From an uncultured Solirubrobacterales bacterium (GTDB lineage: Bacteria; Actinomycetota; Thermoleophilia; Solirubrobacterales; Solirubrobacteraceae): 64,000 nucleotides of DNA. Below, one piece after another: positions 17,592 through 25,765 of this stretch. The notes under the pieces are model-generated. The model ran no database searches. It was given only the letters and a program-made list of their open reading frames with translations, and was not told the DNA's origin. Positions within the stretch are counted from its first letter, which is position 1. The number at the start of each line of letters is the position of its first letter. The translations under genes were made by a program, and so were the position numbers. The stretch lies in NCBI GenBank assembly GCA_963749545.1, contig CAVVNG010000003.1, forward strand, positions 207,786 through 271,785. Direction: 5' to 3'.

Positions 17592-18566
17592 TTATGCGTG
17601 TGCGGTGTGCCCGTTGCTCGCGCGCGCGATGCAGCGAAAGCCGATGTGCGAGGTCGAGGTGTCAATCGCCTCGGCCTGCCGCGCGGCCGGGCGATAGCGC
17701 AGGCAGTAGTTGGGCGCGCACAGGTGGGAGCCGCCCTTGATGACCTTGCGGGGAATGGCCTCGCCGTCGCCGTAGCTCTGCTCGCCCGACTCCACCCGGG
17801 GGTTTACCGGCACGCAGCACGGGTTGTCGAGCTCGTCGCGCTCGCCGCGGTGGCGCGGGGTGAACCAATCCGTCGTCCACTCCCACACGTTTCCGGTCAC
17901 GTCGTAGAGGCCATGGCCGTTGGCGGGAAAGGTGCGCACCGGGGAGGTCCGCTCATGGCCATCGCTGAGCAGGTTCTGCCAGGGGAACTCGCCCTGCCAC
18001 GTGTTGGCCATCATCCGCCCCTTGGGCGCGAATTCGTCGCCCCACGCGAACACCTTCTGCTCGAGGCCGCCGCGGGCGGCGAACTCCCACTCGGCCTCGG
18101 TCGGCAGGTCCTTGCCCACCCAACGTGCGTAGGCCAGTGCATCCTCGTGCGCGACGTGGACGACCGGATGCAGTTCGCGCCCGCCGACATTCGACCCCGG
18201 CCCCTCGGGTCGCCGCCAGAACGCGCCCGGGACCCATTCCCACCAATTGCGAAAGTCGCGCAGGTCGACCGGGCCGCGGCTGCGGCGGAAGACCAGCGAG
18301 CCCGGGACGAGGAGCTCGGGATCCGCGTCGGGGTAATCCGCCGGGTTCGGGGCGCGCTCGGCCAGGGTGACATGCCCGGTGGCCTTCACGAAGCGGCGGA
18401 ACTCGGCAACGGTGACCGGGTGGGAATCCATCCAGAAACCGTCCACGGCAACGGGGTGAACGGGCGCCTCCTCCGGATAGAAGCGGTCCGATCCCATCAG
18501 GAACTCACCACCTGGAATCCAGCTCATGTTCCGCACGGGCGGATCGGTCGCCTGAGCATCCGGCAC
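17592..18566 (-). CDS. formylglycine-generating enzyme (FGE/SUMF1 family)
   Basis: Motifs are WIPGGEFLMGSD, HPVVHVAHEDALAYARWVGKDLPTEAEWEFAARGG, NVWEWTTDW and the active-site pair in KGGSHLCAPNYCLRYRPAAR. Confidence 0.9.
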   Translation of the reverse strand: MPDAQATDPPVRNMSWIPGGEFLMGSDRFYPEEAPVHPVAVDGFWMDSHPVTVAEFRRFVKATGHVTLAERAPNPADYPDADPELLVPGSLVFRRSRGPVDLRDFRNWWEWVPGAFWRRPEGPGSNVGGRELHPVVHVAHEDALAYARWVGKDLPTEAEWEFAARGGLEQKVFAWGDEFAPKGRMMANTWQGEFPWQNLLSDGHERTSPVRTFPANGHGLYDVTGNVWEWTTDWFTPRHRGERDELDNPCCVPVNPRVESGEQSYGDGEAIPRKVIKGGSHLCAPNYCLRYRPAARQAEAIDTSTSHIGFRCIARASNGHTAHA

Positions 18567-18574
18567 AGCGTCAT

Positions 18575-18866
18575 GCTAACGCCGCGAGGCACCCTGGCCG
18601 TCGGCAAACGGCGTCGCTCTCATGAGGGGCGCGACGCTCAGTTCGCCTCCCAGACAGTCGAGCTCCTGCACCGCCTCGGCCGGCAGGGCGGTCGTCCGCG
18701 GCTGGCCGTGAGCTCGTTCGTCAACCCGCACGACATCGCGTTGTGGGGAGCGATCACCCTGCGCATGGGCAAGTGGAAGCTCCGCGCCCAGCTGGACGGC
18801 TCGAAGGTCCCTGAGGACCTGTTCGACTCGCGCTACGCCGCAACCAGCCGCGGGCGGTCGCCCTGA
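18575..18866 (+). pseudogene. possible highly degraded sulfatase remnant
   Basis: The frame has coding-like GC3. RPRLAVSSFVNPHDI resembles the sulfatase PFFLxxSFxxPH motif. MGKWKLRAQLDGSKVPEDLFD resembles the sulfatase C-terminal xxWKL...LYDL region. The two are only ~10 aa apart, where hundreds of residues would be expected. Confidence 0.3.
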
Positions 18867-18974
18867 GCATCTTCACTCCGCGACGAGACGAGTACGCCGC
18901 TCAGGAGCAAGACCAGTGAGCACACGCGTTCTGATGGCCGCCGGCTGACACACATCGACCATAGAATCCGCGCC

Positions 18975-20420
18975 GTGCAGGCAGGCGCCGTGCCGATCCT
19001 CCCGGGCCTGGCGGCGCACGGAGATCGCGTCGCTCTGGTCTTCGGCGCCGAATCGATCACCTATCGCGAGCTGGCCGAGGTGGCGGGGAGCCTGGCGGCG
19101 AGGCTCGCCGGCGCTCGGTCCGTCGCCGTGCTGGCGAGCGCTTCGGTCGATACCTGCATCGCCTGCGTGGCCGCGCTTGGCGCCGGCATTGCAGCGGTGC
19201 CGATCGACCCCGGGTCGGGCGAGCGCGAGCTCGACCACATCGTCCGCGACAGCAGCCCGGATCTGTTGCTGGCCGCAGAGAGATCGGAGATACCCAGATC
19301 GCTCACCTCGATGCCTCGCGTCGATGTGCGCGATGGCGACGCGGGCGAGCTGCCGGACTGCGCCCAGGCCGACGCGACCGCGCTGATCCTCTACACCTCG
19401 GGGACGACGGGACTCCCCAAGGGCGTGCTCATACCCCGCCGAGCGGTGACCTCCAATCTCGACGCGGTGGCCGGCGCCTGGGAGTGGACGGGGAACGACC
19501 GCGTCGTCCACGGTCTCCCCCTGTTCCACGTCCACGGTCTGGTCATCGGCGTGATCGGCGTCCTGCGGCGGGGCGGGACGCTGGAGCATGTGGGCAGGTT
19601 CTCGCCGGTCGCGATCGGAGACGCTCTTGACCGTGGCGCAACCCTGATGTTCGGGGTGCCGACCATGTACCACCGACTGGCCGAGGCGGCGGCGTCAGAT
19701 CCCGCTTTGGTGGCTTCACTGGGACGCGCGCGGTTGCTTGTGTCGGGGTCGGCGCCGCTGCCGACGGTCGTCCACGAGCGGATCGCGCGCCTCACCGGCC
19801 AGCGGATCGTCGAGCGGTACGGCATGACCGAGACGCTGATGAACTGCGCGATGCGCGCCGATGGGAGCCGGACCCCGGGCTACGTCGGGCCCGCCGTCAG
19901 TGGAGTCGACGTTCGCTTGGTCGACGACGACGGAACCGAGATCGTGGTCGACGACGATGAGACCCTGGGCGAGCTTCAGGTCCGGGGGCCGAACCTCTTC
20001 ACCGGCTACCTAAATCGGCCGGACGCCACCGCCGAAGCGATGACCAGCGATTGGTTCAGGACCGGCGACATCGCGACGCGCGCGCCCAACGGCTACTACC
20101 GGATCGTCGGGCGGCGTTCGACCGATCTGATCAAGAGCGGGGGTTATCGAATCGGTGCCGGTGAGATCGAGACGGCGCTTCTCGATCACCCGGCCGTCGC
20201 CGAGGCGGCGGTCGTGGGGATCGACGATCCCGATCTCGGCCAGCGGATCGTGGCCTGGGTGGTGCCGCGTGAGGGCGTGGAGGCCGACGCGGATGCGCTG
20301 ATTGAGTACGTCGCCGCCCAGCTCTCCTCCCACAAGCGTCCTCGTGAGATCCGCTTCATCGATGAGCTGCCGCGCAACGCGATGGGGAAGGTCGTGAAGA
20401 CACACCTGACAGCCCCGTGA
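18975..20420 (+). CDS. AMP-dependent acyl-CoA synthetase/ligase (MatB-like size and motifs)
   Basis: GTG start at 18975. Motifs are LILYTSGTTGLPKGV, YGMTE, WFRTGD and GYYRIVGRRSTDLIKSGGYRIGAGEIE. Confidence 0.9.
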   Translation: MQAGAVPILPGLAAHGDRVALVFGAESITYRELAEVAGSLAARLAGARSVAVLASASVDTCIACVAALGAGIAAVPIDPGSGERELDHIVRDSSPDLLLAAERSEIPRSLTSMPRVDVRDGDAGELPDCAQADATALILYTSGTTGLPKGVLIPRRAVTSNLDAVAGAWEWTGNDRVVHGLPLFHVHGLVIGVIGVLRRGGTLEHVGRFSPVAIGDALDRGATLMFGVPTMYHRLAEAAASDPALVASLGRARLLVSGSAPLPTVVHERIARLTGQRIVERYGMTETLMNCAMRADGSRTPGYVGPAVSGVDVRLVDDDGTEIVVDDDETLGELQVRGPNLFTGYLNRPDATAEAMTSDWFRTGDIATRAPNGYYRIVGRRSTDLIKSGGYRIGAGEIETALLDHPAVAEAAVVGIDDPDLGQRIVAWVVPREGVEADADALIEYVAAQLSSHKRPREIRFIDELPRNAMGKVVKTHLTAP

Positions 20421-22667
20421 TCAGTCCGTTCCGAACGGGAGCGCCTGCTCGGGCAGCGCAAACGCGGTTACGGATGCGAGCCGCCGTTGCCGCCCCCACC
20501 GCCATGGCCGCCATGGCCGCCGCGCGTTGCCGTTGCCGTTGCCGTTGCCATTGCCGATCGGCGACGCGCCACCGCCATTGCCCGACGCGGGAGTCGTTCC
20601 ACCGGATGGCGGCGACTGGGGCGGCTGGGCGTAGAGGGTGGGGTTGTTGAACGAGCCGGTTCCGGAGGTTCCACCGCTGCCGCTGCTGACCGGGGTCGAT
20701 GCGCCGCCGCTGGCCGAGTGCGGGCCAGAGAAAGCCGTGCCCTGGAACGGCACGGCGGGCGGCGACCAGTCGCCGCAATAACCACCGCTGGCGCTCTGCA
20801 TGAAGTCGTGCCAGATCGGCGCGGCGAGCGCACCGCCGAAGCCGTCAGCCATCGGGATGTTGCCCTGGGGATAGCCGACCCACACGGCCGTCGACAGCCT
20901 GGGCGTGAAGCCGACGAACCACGCGTTGTCCATGTTCTCCGCCGTTCCGGTCTTGCCGGCGGCCGGGCAACCGTAGTCGGCGGACGTGCCGGTTCCCTTG
21001 GTGATGACGCCCTTCATGACCTGGATCGCCGCGTAGGCCTCGCCGTCGCTGAACACGCGATGCTTCGGCGGGTTGCCGATGCTGCGATCGACCTTCCCGC
21101 CGGGGAATACGACGTGGTCGATGACGGTCGGCGCGATGTGGTAGCCGCCGTTGGCGATGGTCGCGTAGGCATCGGCCATCTCGAGCGGCGTCACGCCCAC
21201 TCGCAAGCCGCCGATCACCTCGGCCGGGAGACCGTCGAGTGGCGAGGTGATCCCCATGGCGTGAGCCATGGCGTCCATCTTGGCGGGGCCAAGGTCGACC
21301 ACCAGTTGGGCAAACACCGTGTTGTCGGAGTCGACCGTGGCCTTGTTGATGTTGATCGTCCCCTGATAGCTCAGCTCGGCCGTGTGGACCGACCACGCTG
21401 GCTGCGAGGGCAGCCAGCCAGCGGGCAGGAACTTCGAGGTGTAATAGGTCTGATTGGGATCGCCGTGGTAATCGTGGATCAGTGTCATCAGGGCGAAGAT
21501 CTTGAACGCGGATCCCGGCTGGCGGTGGGCCTGGACGGGATAGTCGTAACTCGTCTGGTCGTAGGTGGCCGACGAACCGAGCGCGACGATGTGTCCGTTC
21601 GACGGGTCCACGCTGGCTAGCCCGGCGGCCGGCTGATCGTTGAGTACGGACCCGCCGGGCTGGTGGGCCACGATGGCGTTGTGCGCGAGCCCCTGCATCC
21701 GCGGCTCGATAGTCGTGTACACCTTCAGGCCGCCGTCCTCGACTGTCTTCAGCCCGTAATGGTCGATCAGCTGCGATAGGGCGAAGTCGTACAGGTACGG
21801 CTGATTGCGCTCCGTGTACAGCTTGCTGTTCTTGACGCCGAGTTTGGTGTGGGACGCCCTGTTGGCCTGCTTCTGGGTGATGTAGCGGCTGTTCACCATC
21901 GCCTGAAGCACCTCGGCCCGGCGCGCCAGCGCGAGGTCAGGCCTCAGGAACGGGTTGAAGTTCGTCGGCGACTGGGGCAGGCCGGCCAGCAGCGCCTGCT
22001 CGGCGAGGGTCAGCTTCCACACCGGCTTGTCGAAGAACATCTGCGACGCCGCACCCACGCCCTGGGCCGTCTCGCCATTGACCGTCCCGTACGGGACGTC
22101 GTTGAGGTAGGTGTCCAGCACCCACTGCTTTGAGTGGTGGCCCTCGAGCTGCTCGGCCAGCTTGGCCTGAACGATCTTGTACTTGAGGTTGTGATGGATG
22201 GCGTACTTGCGCGGCATGTACATGTTGTCGACGAGCTGCATGGTCAGCGTCGACGCGCCCTGCAGGTCCGAGCCGCCGTTGAACACGTCCCTGATTCCGG
22301 CGCGCAGGATGCCCTGATAATCGAGCGGACCGTGCTGCCAGAAGCGGCGGTCCTCGATCGCCACCGTCGCCCGCCTGAGCGTGAGCGGGATACGGTCGGG
22401 CATGACTCGGTTGAACACCGTGTCCGAATGGACGTAGCCCAGCAGGGTGCCGTCGGCGTTGTAGATGCTCGACAGCTGGTGCGGGGCGCGCGGCTTGAGC
22501 GCTTTCAGATTGGGGGCGGAATCGGCGGTCGCCACGACCCAGCCGACTGCGGTCAGCACGCCGATCGTCGCGGCCAGAACGGCGATCATCACCGACATCA
22601 GAGCCACCCGCCTGACGGGGTGGCCGCGGTGGCGCACCCGGCGCCGGTATCGCTCTCGTCGTCTCAT
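20421..22667 (-). CDS. class A penicillin-binding protein (glycosyltransferase GT51 + transpeptidase)
   Basis: An N-terminal TM segment is followed by the GT51 motifs RRATVAIEDRRFWQHGPLDY and GASTLTMQLV. Transpeptidase motifs are GSAFKIF (SxxK), SDN and KTGTAEN (KTG). The tail is low-complexity Gly/Ser/Asn. The true 3' end is uncertain (see findings). Confidence 0.9.
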   Translation of the reverse strand: MRRRERYRRRVRHRGHPVRRVALMSVMIAVLAATIGVLTAVGWVVATADSAPNLKALKPRAPHQLSSIYNADGTLLGYVHSDTVFNRVMPDRIPLTLRRATVAIEDRRFWQHGPLDYQGILRAGIRDVFNGGSDLQGASTLTMQLVDNMYMPRKYAIHHNLKYKIVQAKLAEQLEGHHSKQWVLDTYLNDVPYGTVNGETAQGVGAASQMFFDKPVWKLTLAEQALLAGLPQSPTNFNPFLRPDLALARRAEVLQAMVNSRYITQKQANRASHTKLGVKNSKLYTERNQPYLYDFALSQLIDHYGLKTVEDGGLKVYTTIEPRMQGLAHNAIVAHQPGGSVLNDQPAAGLASVDPSNGHIVALGSSATYDQTSYDYPVQAHRQPGSAFKIFALMTLIHDYHGDPNQTYYTSKFLPAGWLPSQPAWSVHTAELSYQGTININKATVDSDNTVFAQLVVDLGPAKMDAMAHAMGITSPLDGLPAEVIGGLRVGVTPLEMADAYATIANGGYHIAPTVIDHVVFPGGKVDRSIGNPPKHRVFSDGEAYAAIQVMKGVITKGTGTSADYGCPAAGKTGTAENMDNAWFVGFTPRLSTAVWVGYPQGNIPMADGFGGALAAPIWHDFMQSASGGYCGDWSPPAVPFQGTAFSGPHSASGGASTPVSSGSGGTSGTGSFNNPTLYAQPPQSPPSGGTTPASGNGGGASPIGNGNGNGNGNARRPWRPWRWGRQRRLASVTAFALPEQALPFGTD
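20526..20555. repeat. hexanucleotide tandem repeat (GTTGCC)x4 + ATTGCC
   Basis: Read directly from the sequence. It encodes (GN)5 in the PBP tail on the minus strand. Confidence 0.9.
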
Positions 22668-22824
22668 CCGAACAGGAAAGGTTAGTTGAGGCCGATCTTC
22701 TGATTCGCCAGGGGGTGGCTAACGTCCGCCTTGTGGGCAGGATGTTGCGCCCAAAGGCTGAGGTTTCTATGAGAGCCGAGGCTCCGTTTGAGGCTTCGAC
22801 TCCGGGGGGCTTTGTCCCTCGCCC

Positions 22825-23706
22825 TTAGGCCGGCAGCGTCCTGGCATGCCTGGCAATCCCCTTCCATGCGTCGCCCTCGTCGCGCAGCCGCTTGGGTGCC
22901 GTGGCGATCGTCCAGCGGTCAGGCTTCAGAAGGGCGTCCTCGAGCTCTCCCCAATGGATCGGCATGGCCACCGGAGCTCGCGGGCGGGGTCGGACGCCGT
23001 AGGGAGAGACTCCGTGCTGCGCGTAGTTGATCCGGTTGACGTCGAGATAGATCCGCGCGCCGCGCTCTTCGCGGTGCCATTCGAGCGTGAGGCGCTTCGG
23101 GTCGTCCGCCACCATGCTTTCCGCGAGCGCGCGAGCAAACCCGTGCACGGCGCCGAACCCCGGGCCCCGTCGCAGCGGACACACCACGTGCACCCCACGC
23201 GAGCCGGTGACCATCGCGTAGGGAAACAGGCCCGCGTCGAGCAACCGGGCGCCGGCCTCGCGGGCGGCCGCGCGGACCGCAGCGAAGCCGATCCCCGGCG
23301 AGGGGTCGAGGTCGATGATGAGGCGGTCGGGCTTGCGGAGCGCGTCGGCGCGCGAGAGCCAGATATGCGGCGTCACCACATTCTGCCCGGCGAGATAGAC
23401 CAGCGTGGCCGTGTCGTTGCCCAGCATCTGCGTGAGCGAACCGTTCTTCTTTGGCACCTCGGTTGTGCTTATCCAGTTTGGGAAGTAAGACGGCACCGCC
23501 TTCATGAAGAAGCCGCGCTGATCAGTTCCCTGCGGGAAGGCCTGGAGCGCCAAGGGCCGGTCTCGGATCAGCGGCAGCATCGCCGCGGCCACGCCCTCGT
23601 AATGGCGGACGAGATCAAGCTTGGTGATCTCCGGACTCGAGAACATCACCTTGTCGGGATGCGTGATCTCGATCGTGTGGCGCCCGCAGCGGATCTGTTC
23701 GTTCAT
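22825..23706 (-). CDS. stand-alone LigD polymerase/primase domain protein (NHEJ)
   Basis: 293 aa. Motifs are HPDKVMF, LIIDLDP, TGSRGVHVV and RIYLDVNRINYAQHGVSPYGVRPRP, typical of the LigD Pol (AEP) domain. Confidence 0.9.
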   Translation of the reverse strand: MNEQIRCGRHTIEITHPDKVMFSSPEITKLDLVRHYEGVAAAMLPLIRDRPLALQAFPQGTDQRGFFMKAVPSYFPNWISTTEVPKKNGSLTQMLGNDTATLVYLAGQNVVTPHIWLSRADALRKPDRLIIDLDPSPGIGFAAVRAAAREAGARLLDAGLFPYAMVTGSRGVHVVCPLRRGPGFGAVHGFARALAESMVADDPKRLTLEWHREERGARIYLDVNRINYAQHGVSPYGVRPRPRAPVAMPIHWGELEDALLKPDRWTIATAPKRLRDEGDAWKGIARHARTLPA

Positions 23707-23716
23707 CGCCGGTCCT

Positions 23717-24325
23717 CTATTCCGATTCGCCCTGGTCGTCAGCGACGTCCTCGAGAGTCCGGCCCGATTTCACCGACTCCGGCTGGGTGCTCTCGGGGTT
23801 TCGGCGGGCATCGGCGAACTCGTCGCGTCGCTTGATCAACAGCCACTGCGGCTTCGCGCCACGACGTGTGCGCTGCAGCGTCCAGCCACCGATCAGCTTC
23901 TCGCCCTCGAGCCAGAACTTGACGTGCCCGGCGTCGATCGCGTCGGCCATCGACTGTTCCTCGTCAAGGTTGCGGTAGTTCCCGGTGTCCCACACGATGA
24001 CCGCGCCGGCGCCGTAGTTTCCCGTCCCGATGCGCCCCTCGAAGTCCGCGTACTCAAGCGGGTGATCCTCCACCTCGACGGCGAGGCGCTTGACCCGCGG
24101 GTCGGTGGAGGGGCCCTTGGGTACGGCCCACGACCGCAGGGTGCCGTCGACCTCGAGGCGGAAGTCGTAGTGCAGGCTCGTGGCCGCGTGCTTCTGGATG
24201 ACGAAGCGCGGCGCCTCGGGGCCGCGCCGCCGGCCGGGGGTTCTCTTCCCGTCGGGCTCCAGCCCAGGTTCGGGAGTGCTCGACGGCCTGCGCTTGTCGC
24301 GATAGCGCTGGAGTCGATCGCTCAT
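23717..24325 (-). CDS. stand-alone LigD 3'-phosphoesterase domain protein
   Basis: The ATG at 24325 gives MSDRLQRYRDKRRPSSTPEP. Motifs are FVIQKHAATSLHYDFRLE, LRSWAVPKGPS, VEDHPLEY and KPQWLLIKRRD. It lies 10 bp upstream of the Pol gene. Confidence 0.85.
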   Translation of the reverse strand: MSDRLQRYRDKRRPSSTPEPGLEPDGKRTPGRRRGPEAPRFVIQKHAATSLHYDFRLEVDGTLRSWAVPKGPSTDPRVKRLAVEVEDHPLEYADFEGRIGTGNYGAGAVIVWDTGNYRNLDEEQSMADAIDAGHVKFWLEGEKLIGGWTLQRTRRGAKPQWLLIKRRDEFADARRNPESTQPESVKSGRTLEDVADDQGESE

Positions 24326-24395
24326 GGCCGCAAAGCTACCCGCATCGCGCCGTGGCGACATCGTCGCGCCTTGGTTGCTCTTGTAGGCTCGAACT

Positions 24396-25580
24396 GTGGT
24401 CGCCAGCTATCGCTCCGTACTAGACGTGCAGGGCGCGTTCCGGCTCATGTCGAGTGCGCTGATCGGCCGGCTGCCGCAGGGGATGGCCTCGCTGTCCATC
24501 CTCCTGCTCGTCCGCGACACCACGCACTCCTACACCGCCGCGGGCGTCGCTGTCGGCGCCAACGCTCTTGCCACAGCGGCCTGCGCCCCGCTGCTCGGTC
24601 GGCTGATCGATCGCTTTGGACGAGATCGAACGCTTCCCGTATTCGCCCTCGGGCAGGCCCTGATGTACGCGACGCTGGCGGTCGCTGCCAGCGCCGGCGC
24701 GCACGCCGGAGTCCTGATCCTCGTTTCCGCCGCTGCCGGCGCGCTGCTGCCGCCGATCGCGCCAGCGGTGCGCGCGCTGCTGCGCGATGTCTTCGAGGAC
24801 CGGGCCGTGCGCGACACCGCGTACTCGCTCGACGCGGTCATCCAGGAGGCAATCTGGATCACGGGACCACTGGCGGTGGCCATCGTCGTCTCGCTGACAT
24901 CGCCGTCGGCCGCCGTGGTGTCGCTCGGAGTGGTGTGCCTGGCCGGGACCACGCTGTTCCTGCGCTCTCCACTCCAGCGCGGCGCGCGGCCCCGCAGACA
25001 CGACCACCCCCGCCGCTCGGCCCTGGCCAGCCCCGAGCTCCGCGCCCTCCTGGGGCCGGTGTTGCTCAGCGGAACCGCGCTCGGGGCTACCGAGGTTGGA
25101 CTGCCCTCGCTCGCCCTCCATGCCGGCTCGCGACCCGCCGCAGGGTTGCTGCTCGCCCTGTGGAGCGTCGGCAGCCTGGCCGGGGGCCTGTGGTACGGAT
25201 CGCGGGTGTGGCACTCCCCTCTGACCCGCCGCTACCGCCTGCTGCTGATGATGGCGGTCGTCTTCACGGCGCCGTTGATCGTCGCCCGCTCAATTCCCGA
25301 GGGCGTGGTCGGCGCCCTGCTGGCGGGGCTCACCTGCGCGCCCGTGTTCTCATGCATGTATGCGCTGGTCGGCCGCACGGTGACGCCCGGGAGCGAGACC
25401 GAGTCGTTCACGTGGGTGTCCTCGGCTCTGATCGGCGGGATCGCGGCGGGATCGGCCATCGGTGGCGCCGTGATCAAACCGGGCGGGGTGAGCGCCCCCT
25501 TCATCGTGGCGTGTCTGGCCTCGCTGCTGGCGGCGGCGATGGCCGTGGGTTTTCGGGCCAGGGTTCGCCAGCTCGCCTAA
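24396..25580 (+). CDS. MFS transporter
   Basis: 394 aa with about 12 hydrophobic helices. It contains a GRLIDRFGRDR loop motif. GTG start at 24396. Confidence 0.8.
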   Translation: MVASYRSVLDVQGAFRLMSSALIGRLPQGMASLSILLLVRDTTHSYTAAGVAVGANALATAACAPLLGRLIDRFGRDRTLPVFALGQALMYATLAVAASAGAHAGVLILVSAAAGALLPPIAPAVRALLRDVFEDRAVRDTAYSLDAVIQEAIWITGPLAVAIVVSLTSPSAAVVSLGVVCLAGTTLFLRSPLQRGARPRRHDHPRRSALASPELRALLGPVLLSGTALGATEVGLPSLALHAGSRPAAGLLLALWSVGSLAGGLWYGSRVWHSPLTRRYRLLLMMAVVFTAPLIVARSIPEGVVGALLAGLTCAPVFSCMYALVGRTVTPGSETESFTWVSSALIGGIAAGSAIGGAVIKPGGVSAPFIVACLASLLAAAMAVGFRARVRQLA

Positions 25581-25765
25581 GGCCAGGCGCGTCCCGGCCC
25601 CGCCATGCCCGGTGGCGCCCGATAACGTGACGGTCGACTTCGCGCCCAGCGCGAGTGCCACGTTGACGTTGACAGCCAAAGCTAAGGTGCATCTCGGCCC
25701 ACGCGGCGCGGCGACTGTCACGAAAATTGGCTGACCGACGACCATGCCGGCCGATGGGCGCGCTT

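Noticed and set aside
20421-20423. The palindromic TGATCA stop-stop junction as a functional site (for example a Dam/BclI-type site or a bidirectional terminator).
   Set aside because: A single 6-mer has no supporting structure. It is more likely a by-product of an extended or out-of-frame PBP tail.
22825-23706. The primase-polymerase (AEP) gene as a possible marker of a plasmid, phage or mobile element.
   Set aside because: Its motifs and the adjacent PE gene identify it as the NHEJ LigD Pol domain. No integrase, transposase, att-like repeats or phage genes are nearby.
25581-25765. The convergent intergenic region between the MFS and FHA-ABC genes, as a possible small RNA or terminator.
   Set aside because: I found no strong stem-loop or conserved motif. 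It contains only short GTTGAC/GTCGAC-like words.
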